64,000 nt of DNA from Camelus dromedarius (taxonomy: Eukaryota), in assembly GCF_036321535.1 (NCBI RefSeq), contig NC_087436.1, positions 49,478,001 to 49,542,000 on the forward strand, written 5' to 3'. The position numbers and the translations under genes were made by a program. Of this stretch, positions 26,500-39,629 are shown in pieces. The first letter of the stretch is position 1, and every line of letters starts with the position of its first letter. The notes beneath the pieces were generated by a model. That model worked only from the letters and a program-made list of their open reading frames with translations, did no database searches and was not told where the DNA came from.

Positions 26500-26915
26500 A
26501 AAGATATTAATTAGTTCACATAACTAGGAAGTCCAGAGGGTAGACTAGCTTCAGGAATGTTGGATTCAAGGGCACAAATTTTGTTCCTCTGCACTAGCTC
26601 CCTCTGATTGGCTCAATGTGGTGGGCTCTGTTTGTTCAAGTTTTTCATCCGACAAAACTAAGCAACCTTAGTAAAGAGAGCTTTTCTTCCTCTGCAGTTC
26701 AGCTGAGTATCACTGTACCAATTTGAACCATGTGACCATTCCTGAATCAATCAGTAGGGTTAAAGAGATGGACTAGGCTTATTGATCAGGTCTCAGTTAC
26801 ATGTCTACTTATAAGTTAGACCATCTGAACCACATGGACTGAAAGTAGGGGAGAAGTGATCCCCAGAAACATCAGGGAGTTATTATAAGGAGATGGCATA
26901 GATTCTGAGCAAAAA
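26500..26915. mobile_element. MaLR LTR (MLT1K-like)
   Basis: ggaagtccagagggtagactagcttcagg, catgtgaccattcctgaatcaatca. Confidence 0.55.
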
Positions 26916-26919
26916 TTAA

Positions 26920-27510
26920 ACTTTTATTTTGAGGCAATTGTAGATTGATATGCAGTTGTAAGAATAATATAGAGCGGTTGCTTTACCCAATTTCCTCCAG
27001 TTGGAAATCTTGCAAAGCTATAGTAGAATATCACAACTTGGATATTGCTATTAATGTACTCAAGATAGCAGAAGGACTCTATCACCGCAAGGATTTCTCC
27101 TGTTGCCCTTTTATAGCCATACCCACTTCCCCTCTGCCCTTTCCCCACCCTAAACGGTGGCAACCACTAATCTGCTCTGCATTTCTATACTTTTGTCATT
27201 ACAAGAATGTTACACAAATGAAATCAGACAGCTTGTAACTGTTGAGGATTGGCTTTTTTCACTCAACATAATTTTCTGGAGATTCATTTAGGTTGTGTAT
27301 ATGGATACTGTTTTTTTGTTTGGTTTTGAGTAGTAGTTCATGGTATGGAAGTTCTGCAGTTTGTTTAACCATTTGCTTGTTGAAGGAGGTCTGGGTTGCT
27401 GCCAGTTTTGGCTATTAAGACATAAAGCTGTTAGGAACATTAGAATACAAGTTTTTGTGTATACTAAAACTAGAAATTTCATTTCTCTGGGGTAAATTAC
27501 CAGGAGTGAA
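26920..27510 (-). mobile_element. L1MB/MC-type 3' region
   Basis: tggcaaccactaatctgctctgc, ggattggctttttcactcaacataattttctggagattcat, ctggggtaaattaccaggagtgaaat. Confidence 0.8.
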
Positions 27511-28799
27511 ATAATAGCACTTTTAAATGAAGACTCTTTCATCCTAAAGAATGTCCCCACACTTTTTAAAAAGAGTTTTTCAAGGGTGTTCTCCTATCCT
27601 GAGATGAAGCTGATTATGCGAAGAGTTATGCAAGCAAAATGTTTGGTATAGTTTCAGGAATAGAGTGGATGAACAGACAAGTGAAAAGGCGATGGGAAAT
27701 CTTGTGCTTCAATGATTCCTTAGGTTGACAAGCTAAGAAAAGTTCAAGCAAAATTCTGTGAAGCCAAAAGACATCTTTGGAAGTTTTGAGATATGACAAA
27801 TGCCATCTGGACCATCTCAGGACTTCTGACTATACCCTGTAAAGTGAGAGCTATAAGAATGAGTTTGAACTTTTTCTTTAATAAATATATGCTTACTCTA
27901 AATGCAAATAGTTTCAAAAACTGATTAAAACAGTATCTCCCAGGGAAGCTTTTAAGTAGAGGTAGGACTTAAGCTTACTTTTTATAATTTGAAAACTCTT
28001 TTGCCCTACTTTGGCTTTTCTGTAGGAAAGAATGATGTTTTCCCCCTAGAACTGAGAATAATTGCAGTCTGATAACAAATGTTTTTGAGGAGTAATTTAT
28101 TATAATAAATTAGAAACTTTATACTTCTGAAGTTGAATCACACCAACATAGACTTTAAAATATATCTTTATTTGAGCCCAACACATTCCCAATGTGACCT
28201 GGCTAAGCTGACTGACAAACTGTATGTAATGTGCATTCACTTCCATAAAACATTTTTATTATAGGATCTCACATACTTCAAAAACAGACTAAAAGTTGTA
28301 ACAGTGTCGGAGAACCTGAATGATATCCATAGCAGTATCATTATAATTTAATATTCACTGAGTGCCAGCAGTGAGCTAGACTCTCTATAAAACACAGCAG
28401 GAGAGCTGGTTCCTGTCCTCTAAAAAAACATCCTGTGTATCAAACTGGTATTGAGGCCTTTTGTTTCTTTATAAAAACAAAGTACAAGAAGTTGTCATTT
28501 GGAAAGGATAGAATGATTCTGATTAAATGAAAGCTCAAAATTTAAATTAACTGTAGCATCATGCCATGCATATCATAGTGAGCCAGTGAATAATTTTTGA
28601 TGGATTGATCGAGTCGTGGACCATTTATTTTACTTAAAATTTCATCAACCAGTTCACATCATTCATTTTATAGTGTTTATTAACACTTGCCATATGCAAA
28701 GCTAAGTGGAGAAAAGATAGGATGGTAGGAAAGCGTGTGATGTTTGGGGTAATGATAAATTATCCAGTGGGGCTACACTGCAGGCATGAGGCAGAAGCT

Positions 28800-29180
28800 A
28801 CCAGATAGGCTGCTTCTGGCTGCAAGTACCAGAAAATATAAGTACAAGTGGCTTAAATAAATAGGGTTTTATTTTTTTGTCACATAGCAAGAAGATGGGT
28901 GATTACTGACATTGTTTACATTGCTCACAATGCTGTTGAGAACATAGGCTCACTCTAGCTTTCCATCTTGTCTTCCTTCATTTACTGGATTTCTCCTCCT
29001 CGGCTTGAGGCCCCATGGTTTTAATATGGCTACTGCAACTCCAGGCATCATACCCACGTGGAGGAGGAGGTTCTGGCCATGTCTGTCCATTTCATTAGGA
29101 AATATGGTGGCTCCTAGTTGCAAAGGAGGGTGGAAACAACATGATGAATATTGTCTTTGAATGACCACAATTTACCCCCT
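28800..29180. mobile_element. MaLR LTR (MLT1J/K-like)
   Basis: agtggcttaaataaatagggttttattt...aatatggctactgcaactccaggcatca...ctagttgcaaaggagggtggaaa. Confidence 0.55.
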
Positions 29181-31009
29181 GGAGATGAGCACATAGAATG
29201 AAGTTCTGAGAGTAGAGACAGGGCAGATTAGTTGCTGGTACTGCAGTGAACACTTACAGTATTCCACAGAGGTGGAGGAAAATGAAGGTGGTGGCAAAAT
29301 GTTGGAGGCCTTTCAGGTGGGTTTAGGAGTTGAGGCTTTATCAACAAAGATGTGGTATTCGATATGAGTCTCCAATTAATGGATTTGGTGCTTGATTGTC
29401 ATAAACCATTGGAATACTTCTAGGGTTTTAGGTTGCATTGTGATTATGAAAATTTTCTTGGTATTCCAGTTTTACATCTTAGAAAAAATAACTTGACAAA
29501 TATAGGTCTTACGGAGGGAGACTTTTGCAACCTATTCAGCAAAATAAGCAGGAAAATATAAGAAAGGAAGCCAGGTTTATCCTAAATGCCTTCAGAATTC
29601 CGTGAAGATTTGAGGGAGAGATGTAAGTTTTCCCTGCAACCTGGCAGTTCCAAGTGACAGGCAGGCTGTTTCCCTCCAACTCGTGGACTGACTGCCTTTA
29701 AGAGAATTTGTGGATAGTCAGTCAACACATACATACTCAGTGCCTCATGTCTAAATGTGACGTGAAAATAACAATGGGATGTTTTTGGAATACCATCTGT
29801 ATACACAGAATCTGCCTGACTGTGTGTCAGTGTGTCACCGTGTTATGCTTAAAGTGTTCATTTAAATAGCTTTCTTTTAAAATGTATTTAACTTACTGTT
29901 AAAAATACTAATAATCTTTGACCTAATCTGGCAGGTAGTAGGAGGTCTAAAATATCATGACTTACAGTATTTTGGAAAAAGATTTCTATTAAGGAAAATG
30001 TTACAGAGAAAATCTTTTGGAGAGTTTAAGCAGCCGTTTTCCTACCATGTGCATGTGTTTAGTATCTGTATGATATGGGACTTACAGATTTGGTGGTGAC
30101 GTTTCTTCTATCTTTTTCAGTATTGTTTGGTCCTAATTTTCAGTGATTATGTAAATTAGCCAAATGGTTGACCTTTTGAAAGTTTATTTCCCTTTTTGTT
30201 GTTGATTTTAATGAGTTTATAATAAGCTCTAGATCTCTGTAAGAAATGGGATCAGTATTAGCATAATTTCCTAAAAGCTAAAATCCATAGTGGTTTCTTT
30301 ATTTACAAATGAAAAGATATAGGAATATACAAAGAGGAGATTCAGAGACTTTTTCTGGAAAGAGGAGATCACTATGTCTTAACTTGCTTCTACCATACCA
30401 TGTTCTCTTCCTGTGGGAAAATATGAAAATGTGGTGATTCATTAAGGCGTGTTAACCAGGAAGTAGAGTCCCTATTGCCATCTCATATCTCGGAGCAAAA
30501 TTATAACTGTTGCTAAGACAGATTTAATCAACAAGAACCAAGGCTTGAAGCAATGACAGATAAACAGAGATAGAAGTACTGGTGCCATTGTAATTTAAAA
30601 AAATCTGGTGATTTTTAACTGATCTAAAAGGCCATCTAAAAGCATTTTATCAGGCTTCTTGTATTGTCATTCTCACATAGGTTATGCTACCATTTCATGG
30701 ACTGTTGTTCTGCTATATTCACTGGAAATGGCGGATTTTAATAGTTGAGGGCTAGCTGATGCAGCACGGGTCCAGAAGGTACATTTTTGGAGCAATCACA
30801 CAAGGGTCTACCTGTAAGGATTTTGGCTCTAGGTGAATTCTGTAGGTTACCTCAAAACCTCTGCATATCTAAGTTGCACGGATGATAACTTTATTTCTTA
30901 CACTGAGATTTTTCTTTACCATTATAGTTTTTCTTTTTACCTTTTGTTTCTGTGGTGTGCAAACTCAGTTTTCAGTGGATTATTTAAAGTTGTAAACACA
31001 CACACACAA

Positions 31010-31317
31010 AGGACACAAGTGAACTTATTAACAAAACAGGGACAGACTCACAGACAGAAAACAAACTTATGGGTACCAGTGGGGGAAAAGGGTGGGGAGG
31101 AATAAATTGGGAGTTCAGGATTTGCAGATATGAACTACTACATATAAAATAGATAAACAACAAGGTCCTACTGTATAGCATAAGCATACCTTGTAATGGC
31201 TTATAATGAAAAAGGATATGAGAAGGAATATTTATATATATGTATAAATGAATCGCTATTCTTTACACCACAAATTAACACAACATGGTAAGTTGAGTAT
31301 ACTTCAATAAAAAAAAT
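31010..31317 (+). mobile_element. L1 3' end
   Basis: gaacttattaacaaaacagggacagactcacagacagaaaacaaacttatgggtacc...gagtatacttcaataaaaaaaa; imperfect TSD aagttgtaaacaca/aaattataaacaca. Confidence 0.85.
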
Positions 31318-31345
31318 TATAAACACAAGTGTGTTTCTGTAAAGA

Positions 31346-31528
31346 CAGTTGACTGTTGAACAACACGGGGGTTAATCCACATAAAATTTACAGTTGTCCC
31401 TCCTTATCCATGGTTCTGCATCCTCGAATTCAACAAATCATGGACTGTGTAGTATGTAGTATTTTTTAAAATATCTGCCTGTATGTGGACCTGCACAGTG
31501 CAAGCCCTCATCATTCAAGGGTCAACTG
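31346..31528. mobile_element. Tigger-family MITE (Tigger2/MER8-like)
   Basis: Terminal inverted repeats cagttgac...ttgaac / ttcaagggtcaactg followed by TA. Confidence 0.75.
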
Positions 31529-31639
31529 TAATGATGGTTGTAGCTGGGTTGTTAGAGGTCCACACGGAGGATAAGATCTTGGGCTGTTCCTTTGGTGTTA
31601 TGGATCAGGATGCAAGAGGATGGTTCCTTCCTCCCTCTC

Positions 31640-31693
31640 TCCTTCCTTCCTTCCTTCCTTCCTTCCTTCCTTCCTTCCTTCCTTCCTTCCTTC
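31640..31693 (+). repeat. (CCTT)n microsatellite
   Basis: Directly visible. Confidence 0.95.
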
Positions 31694-32642
31694 CCAGATA
31701 GCCTGCATCTCTGCTCTGGGTAGACATTTTTAGGAACAGTTTCAACCCCTAGAATTATAAAATATTTGACAAAACAGAAAACTGAACATCGAGTGGCTCA
31801 TAGCTGTAAGTTACAAATAGCGGTCAGGTCTTCCCTCTTTTGACTCAATGTACTTTCTATTAGTACATTCTTGTAGGTGCAGCATTGTTTGGCATCTGTA
31901 GTTTCAGGAAGTTTTCAACTAACTTGGATCATGTAACCTAGGCAATTAGGAATATTTAGTCTGTGAAAGAACGTTTACGTGTGTTCTTTCTCTTGTGACT
32001 GGTTTTAATGGGTCTACCCAGAGAGTAACTCATTTGATGAGACTTCCCACTAAAAAGATAGCACAGTATTTTTAGCAAGCCTAAATAAGCTGCCTCTATT
32101 TTGAAGAGTGCTGGATTGCTTATGAAGGGTGTTGGCCCACGAGAACTATATAACAGACATAGCAAGAATTTTCAAATCACCGTTGTATTCAAGTAGGTAA
32201 ATGTTAGAACCCTGCAAAAGAATCAATGATTACTTTACTGGAAGCAGGGTGGGAAGAGCCTTCTTAGGAATGATGTGTTACAGAGAAACGGCTCTCTGAA
32301 GTCCATGTGTCATGTAAGGCAAAGAAGGAGAGGTACTTTGCTTACAATTACAGGTGGAAGAGGCTCATACTAGGATTTTATAATGTGCTAGGGGACACTG
32401 ATGAACCTTCCACCTAGGACAGTGAATGTGAACTGTACATTTGGGGTGAGAATAACATCCATGTGGGATTCTTAAGTTGCTTGACATGACAGGTTCTGCC
32501 TTATGGTTTAAGCTTGTCCGCCTTTGAAGATCTCCGAATAGCAATGCTCTATATAAATGAGCCTGTTTATTTTAGATGATTGGTGACAGGAATGATGCAT
32601 GCCATCTCTACTGTCTTCTGTGTCTAATTTAGCAGGACTGAA

Positions 32643-32644
<2 letters not shown>

Positions 32645-32688
<44 letters not shown>
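32645..32688 (+). repeat. (TG)n microsatellite
   Basis: Directly visible. Confidence 0.95.
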
Positions 32689-32689
<1 letters not shown>

Positions 32690-32889
32690 TGGAGTTAACA
32701 TTCGGAGGCCCTGCTGGGCATCTAAGGCAGGCCTGCTCTAGCTTCCCGAGCCCGTAGAAGTCTTTCCTATCTGAGGGGCGGCAGAGTTGATATACAGCAG
32801 CTGCCAGATCCAAAAAGGAAAACAAACACTAGATCTGTTCATTCTAGATAACTATCTGCCTGCGAATGTTGTGTTTGAGGAGCTAGTTG

Positions 32890-32895
<6 letters not shown>

Positions 32896-32943
<48 letters not shown>
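32896..32943 (+). repeat. (TG)n microsatellite
   Basis: Directly visible. Confidence 0.95.
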
Positions 32944-32944
<1 letters not shown>

Positions 32945-35900
32945 GGGGGGGGTAGTTTGGCAATCACAGGTGGCTTCTTGTTTTGCTGGGCTTGAATCTC
33001 CTTATAGAAAACAGCCATGTCCTGTTTCTCGGGTTTCTTTAAAAACCTTTTTCTCAGTGCTATCCAAAATGCATTAGCTGTTATTCTCCTGTGTGTCAAC
33101 ACGCCTTCTTTCCTGAGCGTAGAAAACAAGGCAGCTTCCCTTCAAATGTAATCCAGCCCCTTAAGGGCAAATTTTTTGGTCATCATTTACTTGGGTAATT
33201 ACAGGTATTTCTGCTGTAATTTATAAAATTATAGGAAGTTTAATTTTTCTTAGTTGTGGGTTTCCATCGCTGAAAGTTGTCTGACTAGTTTTAATGCTTT
33301 GCACTGAAGTCTGTAGCAATGCATTAATTTTTGACTTTAAATTACAGCGCTATTGTTTTCCACCACCGTGACAGGAGCGGATGGTAGTTGAGGTAGAAGA
33401 GTTGAAACACAAAAAAGGAATGAGAGTCCTTCAGGCAATTCTGATTTTGTCTAGCTGTCTAGAAGTGTTTTGTTTCTGTTGTATTTATTTATATATTTAT
33501 TTAGCCACTGGGATTCAGCAGCATACTAGCAGTTTACCACAGGCCTGAACAAATACACATTGTGAGAGTAAAGGTTAGACTGTTTCTCCCTAGTGTGTTA
33601 GTTTATAAACAGAAGGTTTTAGCCAAACAGAATTAAAGCAATAGTGGTAAATTTTAATCATGCTTTGTTCCAGAAATAAATTTTTCTTTAATCATAGTAA
33701 TAACATGTTTTCCTTCTCTGGAGTAATTTATATGTTTTGTTATCAGAATGTCTTCCATATAAAAGGAGTTAAGATAAATCATTAGATGATTTTAAGGAAG
33801 TCAGAGTAAAATCGAAGGTACTATTTGAGACAGTCTAAGTGCAAACTCTGTGTGTATGTATCCGTTTAAATTTCTCAGTGATTATTTCACATAAAAGTAA
33901 TCAGTGTCTTTGAAAATAAATTTTTTGAGTGGAGTAAAATATGTCTTCCCTGCAAGGAGTAAAAGTAAAGAGAAATTTAAAACCCATATGGGTCTCAACT
34001 GGATTTTGATGTGACCAACTTAGATAAAAGGATATAAAATGAAGTTGAAGCACTTTTCTTCCTTCATGAAAAAAAAAAGAGAATCACTCTTTGACACAAA
34101 CAGAAACGAGATGTATCCCCAAAGTGACCCGAGGAGGGAGGTGGTGGTGGTTGTTATTGTCATTATTGTACATGTTCTCAGGAAGAAATCTTCAAAAGTA
34201 CTTTAAACAGGACCAGTCATTTAATAAGCAGGAACTACTTACATTCTCTCTGCCCAAGCCTTTCCTGTAGGGGATGAGGGGATGTGTAGCATTGTCAGGG
34301 CCAATATATCCTCGAGCAGTCTTTGTTTTGGGGGTTTTTGCCTCTTTTCTCTGGACTTTCCAGAACCTCTCATCTCCTCTAGCACGTTGAAGTGAAATTT
34401 TCTATACAACATCTTGTGGCCTGAATGCATTAATGTGTTTCTTTTTCCTTAAAACAGTAGTATATCCTTTAACTACTAAACTGACATGTATAAGTTAATA
34501 TCTGATTAATGTAATTTGTTATATTAATAATTTTAAAAATTATAATGCATGCCCATTGCAGGTAACTTATAAGAAAGGCTTAAAGAAGGGATGGCTGTGC
34601 ATAGTTACATGCCTCTTATTTCTCCAGATTAAATGAAAAGAAGATCAAGTGTCTGTATGCTGACCTAGTTAATGCCACCCTTGGGGTTCCTTCTCTCCTA
34701 GGAGTTCCCTCTCTCCTAGGAGTCCATTGCACTTCCAGACCTGAGATGGAAGAGCCCTGGTGTTGAATCCACCCGCGGTTTCCTTGCTGCCATTATTTCC
34801 TGCTGTACTCTTGTGGCTCTGAAAGCTGATGATCTCTCTTAAGATAGCCATCGTTCTTAGACATTGCAGGAGAGCCTTGCTCTTGCTGCCGTTGCCCCTA
34901 GTTTGGTCTTATGAGATATATGACTGTCAGTTTCAATCCAGGTCGCCTCTCCTTGGAGTACAAGGCTTACAGTTCTTAGTGCCCAGTGACTCTCTCATCT
35001 CAATTTTCTTTGAAGGGAATCTAGTCCCCAGAAGTTCTGGGATCAGATTGATCTGCTCTCCGCCCAGTATGGCCTACAACCATGTCCATCTTTCTAACCC
35101 TGGGAAATCCATCTAGCCTTCAAAGTACATCTGATTTCCTCAGGTGACTCATCCTCCTTTGGCGACTCCATAGTATTTGTTCCCAAGAGTTAGAAGGATG
35201 AAAATATTCTGGTGTTTGAGTAGAAAAGTAAAACATGGAATCATAAGTATGGCATTCTGACTATCTAAGCAAATAAAAGTCATCTATGTCCATCCTGCTG
35301 AGGGATAACAACCATGAGAGTCACTGGGTGAGGTGACAGCAGTGCAGACTGTGTGTTTGTGTTCTTCCAGTGCGGTTCATGTGACTGGCTCCTCTTGGAG
35401 TTATGCTGTGTGCAGTTGTCATGGCTCTGACCACTACTCAAATGTAACTTTATTTTTAGTCCATTTTTCTATGCACATTTGTGAAAAAAATATATAAAAA
35501 CTTTGTAACAATTCATCTTTATACAAGAGTCTTGGGTTCAGACATCCAAGACAGAGGCAATCAGGTGACCCTCCCTGGCATATCTCTTGGTACACAGATC
35601 ATAGACTATTGGGTAGCCTTTTGAGGTTACATAGAAACAGAGGAACTTCCGAGGAGGAAACTTCAACCTCAAGATGCTTTTCCTTTTTAGTATTAAAACC
35701 TGTAGGATGAATTGGGGGAGATGCTAACCAAGTTCAGATGACAATAAAGTGCAAAGAAATGTTGATATGTGATAAAGAATGCATCAGCAGGTGTGGCTAA
35801 GTTAAGCTAGTGGATCAGGAAGTGTATCAAGGGAATGTTGGTTCTGGGTCTACAAGGAGCTTGACTCAAGAAGTCTGTGAGTGTGTATGTATGTGTGAGA

Positions 35901-37697
35901 ACCCAGAGAGTTGCAGCTTTGGGAGTTCAAGCCAGATTTGACATAGGGTATCCTCCCTCATAGTTAAGAACTCCTTTTCTTGGGGGAAAGTCTGAGTTGT
36001 AATTTCTGGGAAAGAAATTCTATGGGTGACCTTGGCTCTACCACTAGCCGTAGTAGTGAGTAGTGTCCTTACCCCAGGGACATCCAGTGTATGGTCCATG
36101 CAGGAGGCTTCAGGCATGGCTACAAAGTCTCCATCATTGAAGACAGAACAACAACATAAAGCGGATTCTGGAACAACCAACATCGAGAGAGCCATTAGAG
36201 GGACCTCCAACCTAAGAAGAAACAATCTGTTTTAGATCTAGGGGCAAGACGAGAGTAAGTAAGTTTGATCTTCGGGCAGAGTAAGCACCGTGGGAAAAAA
36301 GGGACATTCCAGGGAGAAGAATTAAAAAATGGGCTGGGAGACTTGGAAGTGTCCTTTGAAATTTTACTGCAGAGTCACATTGTATCCCAAGCTGAGGAAA
36401 AGATGATACCAATTATATATTCAAACTCATTGGTCATATGCAAAACTTTATGTTGTGGATATTTCCCAAATCATTAAAGATTTCTCAAAATCATGAGTCT
36501 GAAAGAATAAACTGTTGAATTTCTTCATCTGTAAGGTGGGGAATAATCATATCAGCTTTGCAGGGTGGTTGTGAGGATGGAATACACTAATGTGTATTAA
36601 GGACCTAAATAACAATAGACAGCCAATACAAGGTCGCTGTGTTAATGGGCAAATTAATTCTGCAACTTCTCATTTCAGCAGGATTTAAATTTATACCATT
36701 AAGGTATTAGTTAAATAAGGCACACACTTTTTTGATGATATTTATAAGTTCTTCCTGTTTAAAAAAAAATGCCCAAAGGAAAAAGAAGAACTGAAACAAG
36801 CTCCCCCTGTGATACCATCTCTCTCCAAATATCACTGCACAATTGTTGGTCTGCAACATTGCATTGGCTTTAAAAAATAAAATAGAAATGCAACATGTTA
36901 AAAGCAAGTATTCTAAGTAAACAAATTGCTTTTATAATTCTTAGAAATCCATATAAATAATACCACAATGGAGAGTTTTACAAGATAAATAACACTTAGT
37001 TTAATAATTTTGCTTTTTAATATTTGAAGTTTGTTTGTACATATAGTATTCTGTTTGAGCTGGACTTCCAAGTGTGAAAGCGGAGAATTTGAAACAATTA
37101 TTTGAAAAACAAATCTCTTAAGGAAAGGGTATTTGTGGTTCTCAGAGCAGAGATGGCCCTTGACTTGGCATCTGTGCGCTACTTCATGGCGTAGGGAGGG
37201 CTTGTCTTTTATCTAGTTTTTTTTTTGTTGTTGTTTAATAGTTGAATTTAGCAGTTGAAATACTGAGTGGGGTATTTTTATTGGCTTACGTATTAGTATT
37301 TGTTTCCAAACTTGACTTAAGATATTTTATTTTAGTTTTTAATTTCTTTTGTTTCATTTATTTTTTAAGGAATAATGATATTATTTTGAAAGAAAAATTG
37401 GGTTAATAGAATTTAGGTTGCTCTAAAAGGATTACTACATAAATATAATACTTTTAAAAATTGGTGTATCACAAAGTGAACATTTCAGTGGAATGCTTTG
37501 AAAATGCTGAGGTTTCATTTTTCTAAAAAATGTATTCTTTCGTCAGTGTGAGCTTTTTACAATACATTTTAAATTAGCATAAAAATATAGATGTTCCTGA
37601 TAGAAAACCTAGAAAGTGTAGATAAATAAAAAGAAAACTACCCATCAGTCAAAAATAATTACTGGATATATTTGAGTCTTTAAAAATGTATTTATAC

Positions 37698-38040
37698 CTT
37701 AGTTTGGGCCACTTTGACAAAGTGCCATTAATCAGGTGGCTTATAAACAACAGAAGCTTATTTTTCACAGTTTTGGAGGCTGGAAATTGGAGACCAGGAT
37801 GCCAGCATGGCTGGGTTCTGGTGTGGGCCCTCTTTCCTCCCGGTTACAGACTGACTTGTTGCTAATGTTTACATGGTGGAAAGAGAGGAAACCAAGTCTC
37901 TGGCCTCTTATAGCGGCATTAATCCCGTTCATGAAGACCCCACCCTCATGATCTAATTACCTCCCAGATACCTTCACCTTGGGGGTTAGATTTCAACAAG
38001 TGAATTTTGTGGTGTGCACGCACATACTCCATCCATAACA
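37698..38040. mobile_element. MaLR solo LTR (MLT1A/B-like)
   Basis: gtggcttataaacaacagaagcttatttttcacagttttggaggctgg...ccaccctcatgatctaattacctccc...tccataaca. Confidence 0.75.
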
Positions 38041-38044
38041 ATAC

Positions 38045-38600
38045 CTATATATACATATGTTTAAAGCAAAAACACAATCACATATTGAAAAATTTGTATT
38101 GCACATTGAAAAATTTACATTTTCAACCTAGCAATGTATTTTAAACATTTGCCCATATTAATGTTTTTTTCATTTCCTTTTTTAATATCCACAGACTTCC
38201 ACTGTGTGAATAAATCACAATTTATTTAACCAATCTATCATTAACCTTTTAGCTTTTTACTAAGATTCATCAATTATAAGTAGTATTTCTACAAACATTT
38301 TTGTGGCTAATTCTTTACACACGTCTGTGGTTTTGTTTAGAAGGAAATTATGGGTCAAAGGCAATATGCAAAAATATTAGAAGTGTTTGGTATAAATTAC
38401 ATATTGCCCTCCAGAAGAAAGTTACAAAATAACCTTCCTTCTTCTAGACCTACAGTGCACATTTCCCTAGGTCCTCAACACTGCTGAGTATTTCTCAAAA
38501 AACTTTCCTAAATTGGTAAGACTAAAATGCACATGATTTTACATTTGCCCTTATTTAATTACTTTGTGTGATTATATTTCCTAATATTTGTCTATTTCTA
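38045..38600 (-). mobile_element. L1ME-type 3' region
   Basis: cacaatttatttaaccaatc, ggaaattatgggtcaaagg, attgccctccagaa. Confidence 0.6.
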
Positions 38601-39032
38601 GCTTGTAAAGCTTTCCCACTTGAATATGCAAATGTTAAAGTGTTAATGGTCAATGCTGAATAGAAAAAAGGAATATGCTTACTTGCTTCTCTACATATAT
38701 TGTCAAGACTTCATTTAGCACCACTTTGTACCGGACATCACACAATTTCTTAAGTGAAGTAGTCATGTTTTAAATTACAAGAAACTGAACATTAATTTGA
38801 CTTGGAAGTTCGAATGGTGACTCAGATTCATGATTGATGCTGTTTATAAAAAGGCTTGGTCAAATTTGAGACCTCCATAAACATACCCCACTTCACAATG
38901 TTCCTGCACTTTCATCTACAGATCGGGTGGGATTAAAAAAGAGTAAATGTGGATACTGTGACTCGTCATTCAGAGTCCTGGCATGGTGACCTTTAAAATT
39001 CTAATCCCAAGGGTAGGTGGGGTAGTGGGCTT

Positions 39033-39137
39033 GGGAGGGTGGGAATAGCTCAGTGGTAGAGTGTGTGCTTAACATGCACAGGGTCTTGGGTTCAATCCCC
39101 AGCATATCTATTAAAAAAAAAAGAAAAGAAAAAGAAA
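39033..39137 (+). mobile_element. Camelid tRNA-derived SINE (Vic-1-like, short form)
   Basis: atagctcagtggtagagtgtgtgcttaacatgcacagggtcttgggttcaatccccagca followed by an A tail. Confidence 0.85.
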
Positions 39138-39629
39138 TACAACCCAATACTGTTGTCATCTAATAGTGAAAGAATTCAACATGAGAACATAAATAAATGA
39201 AATTCTAATCCTATGACCTGGTTAGTTTACAGAGGAAGAAATGAAAACTTGGCATAATGGAGAACTTTCAGACTTTAGAATTAGATGCCTGGATTCAAAT
39301 TCTGATTTTGCCACTTATGAAACATAAAGAGAAGGAAAATATACTTAGAATTTTGAAGATTCAGTTTTGCTGTCTCAAACATGGTTAATGTTAACTGGTT
39401 CACTTAGACTGTTGTGAGGTCAGTTCCTTTCCTATCCTTCAATGACTTACCTCGGGTCACTTAACTAGTTAATTGGACAGAGCAGACAGGAGCCCTTGTC
39501 CTCTGATTCTTTATTATATGCCCTAGGTCCTTTTCTGGTTGCACACTTTGAAGCATGACCTGTTAAGGTGTGTCATCTTGATTAGACTAGAATGGAACAG
39601 AGTTGTAGCAAGTATTTAGTTAAATGAAT

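Larger units (their letters stand above)
460..27885 (+). pseudogene. Candidate decayed dynein heavy chain-like gene (C-terminal exons; 5' part would lie upstream of the window)
   Basis: Ordered fragments: LALGAWVATLKTL / RMTLISHSCELPLM*FLHNS (460-585); AFPLISIFGNLLRKEDNSFMEISYTPYIF (7224-7340); SGRV/VDEV/DL (8335-8375); GISYTPPP...LDASFPF/LGIKSVNCETSFFTTIF (14189-14380); LHGK/EAW...LVEYVGELAKRLEFFKW (22386-22542); CLVISI/KLEAK*LEK (24552-24620); IWTISGLLTIPC then AATAAA (27805-27885). Several have clean pyrimidine-AG or GT flanks. Frameshifts and stops are present. Similarity judged by eye only. Confidence 0.4.

Noticed and set aside
34683..34724. Short tandem duplication of tctctcctaggagt (similar events at 321-338 and 7021-7042)
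   Set aside because: Ordinary replication-slippage microduplications
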